Assembly: GCA_040384445.1 (NCBI GenBank)
Contig: JAZKJG010000001.1
Span: forward strand, 249,483-313,482
DNA from: Patescibacteria group bacterium
GTDB lineage: Bacteria > Patescibacteriota > Minisyncoccia > Phycocordibacterales > CAIZLB01
DNA length: 64,000 nt
Direction: 5' to 3'
The stretch's first letter is position 1; each line of letters starts with the position of its first letter. This document shows, one piece after another, positions 40,691 to 50,116 of the stretch. Under the pieces are notes generated by a model. That model was not told where the DNA came from and ran no database searches. It saw nothing but the letters and a program-made list of their open reading frames with translations. Both the position numbers and the translations under genes were made by a program.

Positions 40691-40815
40691 GCTGTTTATC
40701 ACTTTTGACAACTAAAAGATCCGTCGAAAAGGCACTTGAAGTGAGAACATATGTTCTCCGCCTCGAGACTTATAAATAAGTACTTCCTTAACGGAAGTGA
40801 AATAAAATAAAAATT

Positions 40816-41007
40816 ATGACTGTAAAATCAAACAAGTCTTTTGCTAAACGTCTTAAAGTTAGTAAAAACGGTAAAATCAAAGCACGAGTTCCAGGACATA
40901 ACCACTTTAACTCAAAAGAAAGTGGACGTTCTCAGCTAGCTAAAAAACGACAGGTAGACTTTCACATGTCTAGTCAAGAAAAGAGACGATTTCTTGCTCA
41001 CCTATAA
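40816..41007 (+). CDS. rpmI: 50S ribosomal protein L35
   Basis: KSNKSFAKRLKV; between infC and rplT. Confidence 0.9.
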   Translation: MTVKSNKSFAKRLKVSKNGKIKARVPGHNHFNSKESGRSQLAKKRQVDFHMSSQEKRRFLAHL

Positions 41008-41042
41008 TTCTTATTCATCATTAATAATACTTACATACATAT

Positions 41043-41390
41043 ATGGTACGAGTTAAAAAAGGCGTTCACGCCGCAAAAACAAGACGAAATGTCCTTAGAA
41101 TGGCTAAGGGTTTTAGAGGAGGAAGAAGTACAAAAGAAAAACTAGCGTATGAACAGATCGTTCACTCACTAAACACAGCCTTTGCACACCGACGAGACAA
41201 GAAAGGAGATTTCCGAAGACTATGGAATGTTAAAATCAACGCAGCACTTCGAACATATGGAACTACGTACAGTAAGTTCATAGGAATTCTTAAGAAAAAA
41301 GAAATCGAAGTTGACCGAAAGATTATGGCTGACCTAGCTCAGAATGATCCAACTGTTTTCGAAAGATTTGTGAAAAACGTGTTGGCGTAA
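41043..41390 (+). CDS. rplT: 50S ribosomal protein L20
   Basis: MVRVKKG, FRRLW, YSKFI, DRKIMADLA. Confidence 0.97.
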   Translation: MVRVKKGVHAAKTRRNVLRMAKGFRGGRSTKEKLAYEQIVHSLNTAFAHRRDKKGDFRRLWNVKINAALRTYGTTYSKFIGILKKKEIEVDRKIMADLAQNDPTVFERFVKNVLA

Positions 41391-41399
41391 GCTACACAT

Positions 41400-41431
41400 A
41401 AAAAAGACCTTCACTGCGAAGGTCTTTTTTA
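41400..41431. terminator. Bidirectional terminator
   Basis: aaaaagaccttc-actgc-gaaggtcttttt. Confidence 0.85.
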
Positions 41432-41442
41432 TTTACAATTTT

Positions 41443-41691
41443 CTACTGAAGTTCAATACTTGTTGATGCCAACTGCTCCTCTGTAGGAGGTTGTGCCCAT
41501 CGTCCTTGCTGAGCAGGTACTGCACCTTGCATCATCATATGACCTCCTCTCATATCCGCATTGCCTCGAATCATCATCATTTTATCGTGTCGCCCCCCTC
41601 GACCACAAAGTGCAATGATGAATCCTAGAATAATAATCGACACTAGGATTAACATATTTCTGTTAATACTAAATTGTATTTGTTTGTCCAT
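41443..41691 (-). CDS. Small membrane-anchored Met/Gly-rich protein
   Basis: 82 aa, N-terminal TM. Confidence 0.65.
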   Translation of the reverse strand: MDKQIQFSINRNMLILVSIIILGFIIALCGRGGRHDKMMMIRGNADMRGGHMMMQGAVPAQQGRWAQPPTEEQLASTSIELQ

Positions 41692-41727
41692 GTTTTTAAA
41701 TTAATGATTAATAATAGGTATAGTATA

Positions 41728-42195
41728 CTACTTTTTCACTTTACCCTTACCTTTCGTTGGAAAATTTGTCACAATATCTACCTTAGTTGCGTTGATAATT
41801 AAATCAGCGGCGTGAATTTGCCCTGAAACAATAACCTTCTGTCCTACTGCCAGATCTGCGAACGTTGCAGCAAGACCATCTTTCTTAATAGTTGTTGTTG
41901 CAGTAGTTTGTGCATCTACTGAAATCACTTTTTCAACCCCTTTTGTTGTACTTGCATGCTTATGATGAACTTCAAATGTAAATCCAGTTCCACTCACAGC
42001 AGTAATGGTACCTACACTATGTTTAACTCTAGACCTGATTTTATTCGGATCTTTCATGTGTAATGCACCATTTCTGGTTGAAGTTGCATATGACGAACCA
42101 GTAGACGTTGCTGCATACGTTTTGATTGAGGATGTGCCTCCAACCAATAATGTGAGTGCAAACGCACCAGTGATGATTCTTTGTTTGTATTTCAT
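41728..42195 (-). CDS. Secreted DUF5666/OB-fold-like protein
   Basis: Signal peptide, GTITAVSGT, DLAVGQKVIVSG. Confidence 0.7.
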   Translation of the reverse strand: MKYKQRIITGAFALTLLVGGTSSIKTYAATSTGSSYATSTRNGALHMKDPNKIRSRVKHSVGTITAVSGTGFTFEVHHKHASTTKGVEKVISVDAQTTATTTIKKDGLAATFADLAVGQKVIVSGQIHAADLIINATKVDIVTNFPTKGKGKVKK

Positions 42196-42262
42196 TATGT
42201 ATGTATATATTAATTAGTTGGTAACGTATACTAGTACACCAACCACACACATTTATTTCATT

Positions 42263-42544
42263 TTATCTCACGTAGAATCTCACAAGTAGTCCAAACAACA
42301 GCAAAGTCATTGCAAGTAACATGATCGTAGATATATATCGCTCTTTTACAATTGCAAATATTGAACCAAACAAAAACACAGTAGGAATAATAAAATGATG
42401 TACACCGGCCACACACGCATCTGTACACAGCAGTAATATTATAAACGGATATATACTTCCAACACACACAACAACTATTCCAACCCAACTCAGCACAGTA
42501 GTGAGTGTTTCAAATCTCTCATTTGCTGGTGTAAAATTTACCAT
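42263..42544 (-). CDS. Small membrane protein directly downstream of the tRNA
   Basis: 93 aa from MVNFTP, three TMs. Confidence 0.5.
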   Translation of the reverse strand: MVNFTPANERFETLTTVLSWVGIVVVCVGSIYPFIILLLCTDACVAGVHHFIIPTVFLFGSIFAIVKERYISTIMLLAMTLLLFGLLVRFYVR

Positions 42545-42545
42545 G

Positions 42546-42632
42546 CGGAGGATGTGAGATTCGAACTCACGGAACCATTTCTGGCTCGACAGTTTAGTAA
42601 ACTGTTGATTTAAACCACTCATCCAATCCTCC
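42546..42632 (-). tRNA. tRNA-Ser with anticodon ACU (type II, no encoded CCA)
   Basis: Acceptor GGAGGAT/ATCCTCC + G73, anticodon arm ACAGT-TTACTAA-ACTGT, variable arm GAGCCA-GAAA-TGGTTC, T arm GTGAG-TTCGAAT-CTCAC. Confidence 0.93.
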
Positions 42633-42665
42633 TTTCTTATAGGGATAATACCCTACAAGTTTATG

Positions 42666-43196
42666 TTATGCAAACCAATGTTTTATCTCATCCTCCGCCT
42701 CTTTAACGCTCCCAGAAGCGTGTACAAGGTTCTTCACTGATCGATCTTCATCAACTGCAATCTGGTACGAATCAACCACGTAATCCCCTCGTATTGTCCC
42801 CACATCAGACGACAGAGGTTCTGTGCCTCCGATAAGCTTTCGTACAATCTTCACCGCATGTGGACCTTCCCAAACCATAGGGATTACAGGACCTGCTGTC
42901 ATGTATCGTGACAATCTTCCAAGTACTGCATCAGCCAACACGATAGGATCTTCGCTTGGTGGCGTTAATCCTTTTTCCCTATAACTCGCAAGCGTTTTCT
43001 GTCCCACTGAATCTTTCCATCCTGCCTCAAGTGTATAGTGCTTTTCAACATGGTCAGGAGTAGTACTAACCATTTTCATATCAACTAACTTCAAACCAAC
43101 TCTCTCAAATCGAGAAATGATTTCACCAACAAGACTTCTCTCTACTCCGTCTGGTTTTACTATTATAAGTGTTCTTTCTACGTGATTATGTGCCAT
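42666..43196 (-). CDS. ndk: Nucleoside diphosphate kinase
   Basis: ERTLIIVKPDGV, GTIRGDY, NLVHAS. Confidence 0.95.
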   Translation of the reverse strand: MAHNHVERTLIIVKPDGVERSLVGEIISRFERVGLKLVDMKMVSTTPDHVEKHYTLEAGWKDSVGQKTLASYREKGLTPPSEDPIVLADAVLGRLSRYMTAGPVIPMVWEGPHAVKIVRKLIGGTEPLSSDVGTIRGDYVVDSYQIAVDEDRSVKNLVHASGSVKEAEDEIKHWFA

Positions 43197-43200
43197 AAAA

Positions 43201-44871
43201 TTATGATTCACAACTTACACAAACCTTCTTTCGACTTAACACCTGAGCAGCGTTCATACTGTGTTGGTAATACAATGTTTTCACACCACTTTTCCATGCA
43301 TCAATATATAGAGCGTTGATCTCTTTTGCTGTAGTTGTTTTAGGATTGATCATCAGGTTAAGAGACTGACTCTGATCGATAAACATTTGTCGTGCTCCGG
43401 CTTGATCAATAATCGCATACTGGTCGATTTCAGCGAATGTTTTAAATACATCTTTTTCTTCTTGAGAAAGAAAATCAATATGCTGCACAGATCCATCTTT
43501 ATCTCGAATATCTTGCCATACATCTTTTGTATTCTTTCCTTTTGACTCAAGAAGTTTTTCCAAGAATGGATTTGTAATTGTTACTTTCATTTTCTCAATA
43601 TCTTTCACGTAACAGTTTGACCATACAGGTTCGATACTCTGAGATACTTGTCCTAGAATAAACGCAGAAGATGTTGTGGGTGCAACAGCACATAATGTTG
43701 TATGTCTTCGTCCAATCCCTTCAAGCATTTTAGGTTCTCCGTACTTCACCGCCATTTCCGCTGATGCTTCGTACGCTTTTGTTTTTATAAATTTAAATAG
43801 TTCAACATTAAGAACTGCAGCTTCCTGACTTTCAAAAGAAATCATTTTACTTTGTAGGAATGAGTGCCATCCAAGTACCCCTAATCCAATCGCTCGGTTC
43901 TCAACAGCAAATCTGTATGATTTTTCCATAAAATAAAACTCTTGTCGTCGCTCTGCATCTTCTGAATCTCGATATCCTTCTAGTTTATTGATAAAATCAG
44001 TCATCACCGCATCAAGGAAATATGTCAGAGTCTGAACTGCATCTGTTGTTTTCCAATCATCATAATACAATGCATTCATTGAAGATAAGCAACACACAAA
44101 AGACCATTCATTGTTTGAAGGTAGTGCAATTTCACTACACAGGTTACTTGCATAAATCTTATGCTTATCTTTATACACCTCAACAGTATTATTGTTTACG
44201 TTATCTGAGAACAAAATATATGGATATCCGATTTCTGTTCGTCGTTTAATTACTTTCGCCCATACATTTCGCTTCTCTTCATCTCCATCTTGCATCTCTT
44301 TCATCCACTTGTCTGTTACCGTAACTGCATGTGTAAGTCCTTGAATTGGATCTCCTTCTGTTCCTACATTTAAAAACTCATCAATATCTGGATGCTCAAC
44401 AGGAAGATACGCAGCTAAATGTCCTCTTCTTGTTGACCCTTGACTCACCACGTTTGTAACCGTATCAAACAATCGCATAAAATGAACTGGTCCTGATGAT
44501 GTACCGTTGTTTGTGATCGCTGCCCCTCGAGCTCTAAGATCTCCAAAATATGCAGATGTTCCTCCTCCTTTTTTACTCATCATACCCACTTCTGCTGTTG
44601 TATATAGAATGTCTCCCATTGTGTCTCCAACATATGAACCAAAGCAACTAATTGGTAGCCCTTTAGCAAAACCGAAGTTAACCCACACAGGTGTGGCAAG
44701 AGAATAATATCCCTTTTCCATATATCCATAAAATTTATCGGCAAATCCTGGAATTCCTAGGATTTTTTCTGCATGCTCTGCAAGAAAACGAATTCGTTCT
44801 TCTGCTGTTGACCCATCGTTAATATAATCTTTTGCAAGGAATTTTCTACTATTTTCGTTGAGCCATTTCAT
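43201..44871 (-). CDS. nrdA: Ribonucleotide reductase alpha subunit (short, no ATP-cone)
   Basis: PISCF, SNLCSEI, VCCLSS, APTTSS, KTLYY, C-terminal CVSC. Confidence 0.95.
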   Translation of the reverse strand: MKWLNENSRKFLAKDYINDGSTAEERIRFLAEHAEKILGIPGFADKFYGYMEKGYYSLATPVWVNFGFAKGLPISCFGSYVGDTMGDILYTTAEVGMMSKKGGGTSAYFGDLRARGAAITNNGTSSGPVHFMRLFDTVTNVVSQGSTRRGHLAAYLPVEHPDIDEFLNVGTEGDPIQGLTHAVTVTDKWMKEMQDGDEEKRNVWAKVIKRRTEIGYPYILFSDNVNNNTVEVYKDKHKIYASNLCSEIALPSNNEWSFVCCLSSMNALYYDDWKTTDAVQTLTYFLDAVMTDFINKLEGYRDSEDAERRQEFYFMEKSYRFAVENRAIGLGVLGWHSFLQSKMISFESQEAAVLNVELFKFIKTKAYEASAEMAVKYGEPKMLEGIGRRHTTLCAVAPTTSSAFILGQVSQSIEPVWSNCYVKDIEKMKVTITNPFLEKLLESKGKNTKDVWQDIRDKDGSVQHIDFLSQEEKDVFKTFAEIDQYAIIDQAGARQMFIDQSQSLNLMINPKTTTAKEINALYIDAWKSGVKTLYYQHSMNAAQVLSRKKVCVSCES

Positions 44872-44907
44872 GATGTTGTGTAGTTAGTTTGTTATGTATG
44901 TTTTTAA

Positions 44908-46197
44908 TTAAAATAGATCATTTCCAGTGATACTTGTAACTCGTTTGTTGTAGTTCACCGATCTCTTAACGAAGAAGTCTCCATGTTTCGTTGTCATAAT
45001 CTCGTCGTCAAACCAATCTGTTTTTGCAAGTGTTGCTGGGTCGATATCGAAGATTTTCTTAATTCCAAGTGATACCAATGAGTTGTTGAATCTATTTTTT
45101 ATAAATTCCTTGATCACATCTTTTGGCAAGAAATCCAACTCTCCCTTCTCAAAAATCCAATCAATAATTCTTTCTTCTGCCTTATATGCCTCTTCGCACA
45201 GGCTGATAACACTTTCTTCGTATTGTGCATCAAACCATTCTGGATGCTCTTGTTGAATAATCTTAATCAAATCGATACCAAATAGTCCATGAATCTGCTC
45301 TTCTTTCGATGTGGCCTCAATCACATTCGACATTCCTCTAAACATTGATTTATGTTTATTGAACGACATAATGATCAAAAACTGTGAGAACAACGATACA
45401 TGTTCTATGAATAAAGAAAACAGTAGTAGAGTTTTAGAATAATCTTTCTCGCTTCCAAATGATGCATATGAAATCGCTTTCTCTACATAATTTACCCGAT
45501 CCATGATTGCTGGAATAGATTTGATGTTATCAAACTCATCGTTCAAACCTAAAATATCAAGCAGGTTCGCATACGCATCAGCGTGTCGAACTTCTGACTC
45601 TGCAAACGTAGCTCCAACCGCCCCAATCTCTGGTTTTGGAATCTTTTTGTACACATCTCCCCAAAAAGTTTTTACAGACACCTCAACTTGTGCAATTGCA
45701 AGCATTGCATTCTTAAGTGCACTTCGTTCTACCTCGTTAATGTTTGCTTTGTAGTCATGAATGTCAGATGTGAAGTTAAATTCACTATGTAACCAGTACG
45801 AGTGTCGGATTCCATCCACGTATTCGAGTAATTCTGGGTATTCGTATGGACGTAATGCCACTCTTTTTTTAAATAGATCTCTTTTTCGAGCTTCTGCATG
45901 CTTTTCTCGGTACAGGATGTATGCTTTTGCTGTTGCAAACAGATCAGATCGCATCAACATAATTTCAACAACATCTTGAACACCCTCTACTGAAGGTGTA
46001 AAAGATCCATCTTTGTTCTTTCCTTCTAGATTTTCAATAACTTTCTGTGATAGTTCCTGCGCTAGTCCGTTTTTATACTCACCAGACTCTTTTAGCGCTT
46101 TTTCAATGGCAACAACAACTTTTTCAGGATTAAAATTAACGATTGATCGATCTCGTTTAAGAACAAAACTTATTTTGTGATGTGCTGCTTTTGTCAT
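44908..46197 (-). CDS. nrdB: Ribonucleotide reductase beta subunit with N-terminal ATP-cone
   Basis: VLKRD...F...K...VE.VQD.VE...AKAYILYR cone; EVSVK, EVRHADAY, EHVSLF, EEQIH. Confidence 0.94.
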   Translation of the reverse strand: MTKAAHHKISFVLKRDRSIVNFNPEKVVVAIEKALKESGEYKNGLAQELSQKVIENLEGKNKDGSFTPSVEGVQDVVEIMLMRSDLFATAKAYILYREKHAEARKRDLFKKRVALRPYEYPELLEYVDGIRHSYWLHSEFNFTSDIHDYKANINEVERSALKNAMLAIAQVEVSVKTFWGDVYKKIPKPEIGAVGATFAESEVRHADAYANLLDILGLNDEFDNIKSIPAIMDRVNYVEKAISYASFGSEKDYSKTLLLFSLFIEHVSLFSQFLIIMSFNKHKSMFRGMSNVIEATSKEEQIHGLFGIDLIKIIQQEHPEWFDAQYEESVISLCEEAYKAEERIIDWIFEKGELDFLPKDVIKEFIKNRFNNSLVSLGIKKIFDIDPATLAKTDWFDDEIMTTKHGDFFVKRSVNYNKRVTSITGNDLF

Positions 46198-46423
46198 AGG
46201 TACTATATATAATATCATTAAAACTCTGATAAAGAATACATCAATACCTCCTTTGGTACCTTACAGTACACATACATCCATATGTAAATAGTTACGGTGG
46301 AAAATGTACAAAAGTAAGGAACTATATACTTTCAACCTGTCGTCAACTTGACAATTCTGCAACAAATTTTTTAGTGAAAAAACACTCAAGATTATGAGTG
46401 TTTTTTTATTTGAAAAATATTTT

Positions 46424-47020
46424 TTAGAGCAATTGTTTTTTTTCTCGAACCATATTCATCACTTTCGTTACCAACTTTCGAGGATCTTTATCAAACGCAA
46501 TGTATTTATTTGTTCTATGACTCTTTTCAATGATAAATTTTATCACTTCATCAGTCTCCCATCCATCTCCCTCTAGAATCCCCATCGGTGTCTCACCTTC
46601 AAATGCAATTGTAAACTCATGAATCGTTCCAATTCTTCCTGGTCCAATAATAATCCCATCACATGAACGAGTAAAGATAATATCTCTTCCTGGATACCCA
46701 AAACCTGTGAACGAAATTAAATCCATATAATCAAGAGGAAGTCGATACACATCAGTATGCTCTTTTGGACCTACAGCTGGAGAAAAACCAATTGATAATC
46801 CACCAGCATGTTTCGCCCCCATCGCAGACCAGTGAGGAAAACCAGTTGAAGCACCAGTTACAAGTATTCCTCCCTGCTCAACAATCTCAGCTCCAAGCTG
46901 TTTTCCAATCTGACATACTTCCTGAGTTAAAAAACTTCCGTCAGCACTTGCACTTACTCCAATCTTTGGTGTAAGGTATGCTTTTTTTATATCAGTCTGC
47001 ACAGTTGAAGTTACTTTCAT
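46424..47020 (-). CDS. LOG/SLOG family protein
   Basis: LVTGA, GPGRIGTIHE. Confidence 0.82.
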   Translation of the reverse strand: MKVTSTVQTDIKKAYLTPKIGVSASADGSFLTQEVCQIGKQLGAEIVEQGGILVTGASTGFPHWSAMGAKHAGGLSIGFSPAVGPKEHTDVYRLPLDYMDLISFTGFGYPGRDIIFTRSCDGIIIGPGRIGTIHEFTIAFEGETPMGILEGDGWETDEVIKFIIEKSHRTNKYIAFDKDPRKLVTKVMNMVREKKQLL

Positions 47021-47070
47021 GCTATGTATTGTAGCATTATATACTTTGCAGTTGCAAAATTTTTTCTTTT

Positions 47071-47550
47071 TTATTCGAGCACATCAATACCTTCAATCAC
47101 AACTGGTGATGTTGGTCTGTCATTTGCACCAGTTTCTGTATTTTCAATTTCATGTACAACATCCATGCCGTTCGACACTCTTCCAAACACTGTATGTTTT
47201 GCATCTAAAAAATTATTATCTTTAACATTTATAAAAAACTGACTTCCGTTTGTATTTGGTCCAGCATTAGCCATAGAAATAGTTCCTGTGTAGTTTCCAT
47301 TTGTATCTCCAATCTCATCCTCGAACATATATCCAGGTCCTCCTGTACCCCATCGGTGTGATTCAGCTTCTTCCTTACTCAAAGGATCCCCACCCTGAAT
47401 CATAAATCCTTTAATAACTCTGTGGAATTTAACTCCATTATAAAATCCCTCTTTTGCAAGCTTTATAAAGTTTGCAACTGTATTAGGTGCAATTTCTTCG
47501 AATAATTCTAGATCAATAGATCCTCGGCTTGTGTGTAGTTTTATATTCAT
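47071..47550 (-). CDS. Cyclophilin-type PPIase
   Basis: FHRVIKGFMIQGGDP, SMANAGPNTNGSQFFI. Confidence 0.96.
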   Translation of the reverse strand: MNIKLHTSRGSIDLELFEEIAPNTVANFIKLAKEGFYNGVKFHRVIKGFMIQGGDPLSKEEAESHRWGTGGPGYMFEDEIGDTNGNYTGTISMANAGPNTNGSQFFINVKDNNFLDAKHTVFGRVSNGMDVVHEIENTETGANDRPTSPVVIEGIDVLE

Positions 47551-47571
47551 AGATCGATACTATATCATAAT

Positions 47572-48138
47572 TTAATATTTCCGTATAACTCCTTTTACAA
47601 TCGCCACAATCTGGAATGATTCAGTTGGATAAATATCCTTAAAATCTTTATTTGCAGGTCGTAAGAAAATAGTGTCACCTTTTTTCTTGAAATATTTCAT
47701 AGTGAATCCTCCGTCAACTTCAGCGATCACTATTTCCCCATCTTTCGCATCTGACTTTTTCTCAACAATCACATAATCTCCTTCCTTGATACCTTCATCA
47801 ATCATAGAGTCACCTTTTACCTCAAGAATGTAACTGTTCTCTTTGTGTGGCATCAAGTACTGATCTATATCAATCGTGTCTAACAAATCTTCCTCGGCAA
47901 GTGAAGGTAAACCGGCTTCAACATATCCAAGGAAAGGAACTTCATCACTCATGAACGCTGGTGTAATCTTTCCTTTCGCATCTTTAAGAATTACCCCAAG
48001 CTCAACAAGCTTATTAATAAGCTTGTAGACTGCGTTCTTAGATTTAAAACCAGTAAGCGACATGATCTCGGCATAACCGGGCATACGCTTATTGTTTTCA
48101 TAAAATGAGAGTATCTTTTTTTTGTAGGTGTCTATCAT
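47572..48138 (-). CDS. lexA: LexA repressor
   Basis: wHTH MP.YAEI...G.KS, EAG cleavage site, GDSM, TMK. Confidence 0.92.
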   Translation of the reverse strand: MIDTYKKKILSFYENNKRMPGYAEIMSLTGFKSKNAVYKLINKLVELGVILKDAKGKITPAFMSDEVPFLGYVEAGLPSLAEEDLLDTIDIDQYLMPHKENSYILEVKGDSMIDEGIKEGDYVIVEKKSDAKDGEIVIAEVDGGFTMKYFKKKGDTIFLRPANKDFKDIYPTESFQIVAIVKGVIRKY

Positions 48139-48150
48139 CTTGTATATTGA

Positions 48151-48366
48151 TTATAGCAAGAAAGATGCCATTGCGTGAGATAATCTCATAGTCCAAGATT
48201 CTCGTTTTACATCACCTCGAATTGCTTGAGTTAAATGTGAGATAAGAAACTTATGTCTCTTTGACTCTTTTTTATACTCTAGCCCTTGAATAATTTTCAG
48301 ATCAATTTGTTCGTTGATCTTCTCTAATTCAGTATGTATTGTTGTAATTAATTTTTGTTTACTCAT
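48151..48366 (-). CDS. Small hypothetical protein, first gene of the lexA operon
   Basis: 71 aa between the SOS-box promoter and lexA. Confidence 0.75.
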   Translation of the reverse strand: MSKQKLITTIHTELEKINEQIDLKIIQGLEYKKESKRHKFLISHLTQAIRGDVKRESWTMRLSHAMASFLL

Positions 48367-48372
48367 ATTTAT

Positions 48373-48401
48373 AGTATAGTGAACTACGGTTCACCTGTCA
48401 A
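48373..48401 (-). promoter_or_regulatory. Promoter TTGACA-17-TATACT with SOS box GTGAAC-N4-GTTCAC in the spacer
   Basis: Palindrome 48379-48394; GAAC-N4-GTTC type LexA site. Confidence 0.88.
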
Positions 48402-48495
48402 AGAATATGCATGTGGATAACGAAGTATGATACATGGAATTTATTTTGTAAATAAAAATCCCCTCCCTAGCGGTGAAGCATAGGAAGGGTCTTGA

Positions 48496-49065
48496 TTACT
48501 TTTTCTTTTTTTGTTTTACTTTTTTCTTGACCACAGAAAGTGGTTTGAGTTTTGGAGGAACAAAAGCTAAGATGTGCGGCCTTAGACCATGAATTTCCTG
48601 GTTATTAACGTAGATGAAGTTTTTTGGACACCATCGTTTTTTAACCTCATTCCAATATGCTCCAAAAGTCTGAACTATTTTTCCGTCAGTAACCACAATA
48701 TGTCGAGTTTCTAACAGAGTAATACCGTAAGGTTTACAAAGACTATTGAGCACAGTCTGCCTATCATCTTTGATAAGCCTACCAAGCTCAAGATAACTCA
48801 TGAGACTTTTCTTTTTAAATTTTGCAGACACTGGTTGGTGATGAAAAATGAGATACATCCTAAGCGATGGATCCAAACTTTCTCTTAGCCGAGTATCAGC
48901 AAAGATGAAAAATCCATTACCTTGACCAAAACGACGAGGGTTAAATAATTCAGCACCTGGCTTAGCCATAATTGGGAAAGGTACTTTAAGCTCCTGATAC
49001 CTTTGATATTCTGCTCTAGGTTGCATAAGAAGAAGTGGGTTAATTGTTGAAAGAACTGCTTTCAA
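48496..49065 (-). CDS. Orphan protein, paralog B
   Basis: 189 aa, TTG start, own terminator ~48460-48489; similar to 49123-49638. Confidence 0.65.
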   Translation of the reverse strand: MKAVLSTINPLLLMQPRAEYQRYQELKVPFPIMAKPGAELFNPRRFGQGNGFFIFADTRLRESLDPSLRMYLIFHHQPVSAKFKKKSLMSYLELGRLIKDDRQTVLNSLCKPYGITLLETRHIVVTDGKIVQTFGAYWNEVKKRWCPKNFIYVNNQEIHGLRPHILAFVPPKLKPLSVVKKKVKQKKKK

Positions 49066-49122
49066 AGTACCACACTATATAAGAAGAAACCACCCTTTCG
49101 TGAGATTGGGTGGCCGAAGTAA

Positions 49123-49638
49123 TTATTTTTTCTCAACTTTTTGAGGAAGACACGCAAGAATCATTGGACGATATTTCCGGCTGACTCCTCTGTAATAGTT
49201 ATAGTGGTATACAAACCAGGTTCCAGTAGTACTACTCCGCTCAGCACCAATTGTCTGAACATGATCTTCCGATTCAGTAAAAGCAAAACGCGCTTCCACT
49301 CTTGAACATGTATATACCTTGTGAATTTTCCTTAAGAATTTTTGTGTTGGATCCTTAAGTAACATTTCCAAAGCAATATGATCCATAAGCAGTTTGTCGT
49401 TTAGCACAGGATCAGCTTTTCTTGAAAATGCATGAACGCTCGGTAAGGCTACACCCTCCCATTCATCCTGGTTGCAAAACCTATCAATTGTATCAAGGAG
49501 CAAACTGTGACCATCACCTATTCCAATGGTTCGAAGAGAATATCCATCTTTGTCCGAAAGTGGGTAAGGTTCCTTCAACCTTTCTGTTTGGCCTGCAAGA
49601 TAAACACGGTGTACAATAGGGCAAATTTTTTGAGACAT
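49123..49638 (-). CDS. Orphan protein, paralog A
   Basis: 171 aa, own terminator ~49089-49113. Confidence 0.7.
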   Translation of the reverse strand: MSQKICPIVHRVYLAGQTERLKEPYPLSDKDGYSLRTIGIGDGHSLLLDTIDRFCNQDEWEGVALPSVHAFSRKADPVLNDKLLMDHIALEMLLKDPTQKFLRKIHKVYTCSRVEARFAFTESEDHVQTIGAERSSTTGTWFVYHYNYYRGVSRKYRPMILACLPQKVEKK

Positions 49639-49755
49639 AACAAAGATTGGTTAATATTTACTCACACAACAGTGTAAAGAGCTGTATTCAAAACTACCAC
49701 AAAAAAAGGACCCCGTACAGAGGTCCTTTTTTTCTTATTAAAATTTTTAAATAAA

Positions 49756-50025
49756 TTAGATTTTTGTAAGGTGATTTGAAATCAGCTTAGTCATCTCAAA
49801 CATTGTAACAACTTTTTTTCCTCCGAAAACTTTTAGAAGTTTTTCGTCAGCAACGATATTTCGTTTATTTTTTGGATCTTGTAGATCAAGTTTTTTGATA
49901 TAAACCCAGATCTGCTTTGCAACCTCTGGTCGAGACAATGGTCCCTTCCCTACTACTGCTGCAAGATCTGCACTTAGATTCATAGGTTGAGTTAATCCTG
50001 AACCTGCTGTTTTTTTTGTTGGCAT
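49756..50025 (-). CDS. Stand-alone SWIB/MDM2 domain protein
   Basis: LSADLAAVVG..PLSRPEV...W.YIK...LQDPKNKR.I.AD.KL; start corrected to 50025. Confidence 0.9.
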   Translation of the reverse strand: MPTKKTAGSGLTQPMNLSADLAAVVGKGPLSRPEVAKQIWVYIKKLDLQDPKNKRNIVADEKLLKVFGGKKVVTMFEMTKLISNHLTKI

Positions 50026-50116
50026 GGGGTTAGTATAGCCTATCCTAGGGGAGATTGCCATATGTTGACAACTAGCATATACTCTAGTCCAGCCCTTTAA
50101 CCCCCCCATACATATC

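Noticed and set aside
42590-42606. Amber suppressor reading (CUA) of the tRNA
   Set aside because: A 5-bp stem with 7-nt loop places ACU at 34-36; CUA would need A33 and an off-centre loop
42263-42622. 119-aa ORF as called in the track
   Set aside because: Its 5' part runs through the tRNA; only the portion from ATG 42544 is plausible
46198-46340. NrdR boxes upstream of nrdB
   Set aside because: Only weak AT-rich partial matches, not distinguishable from background
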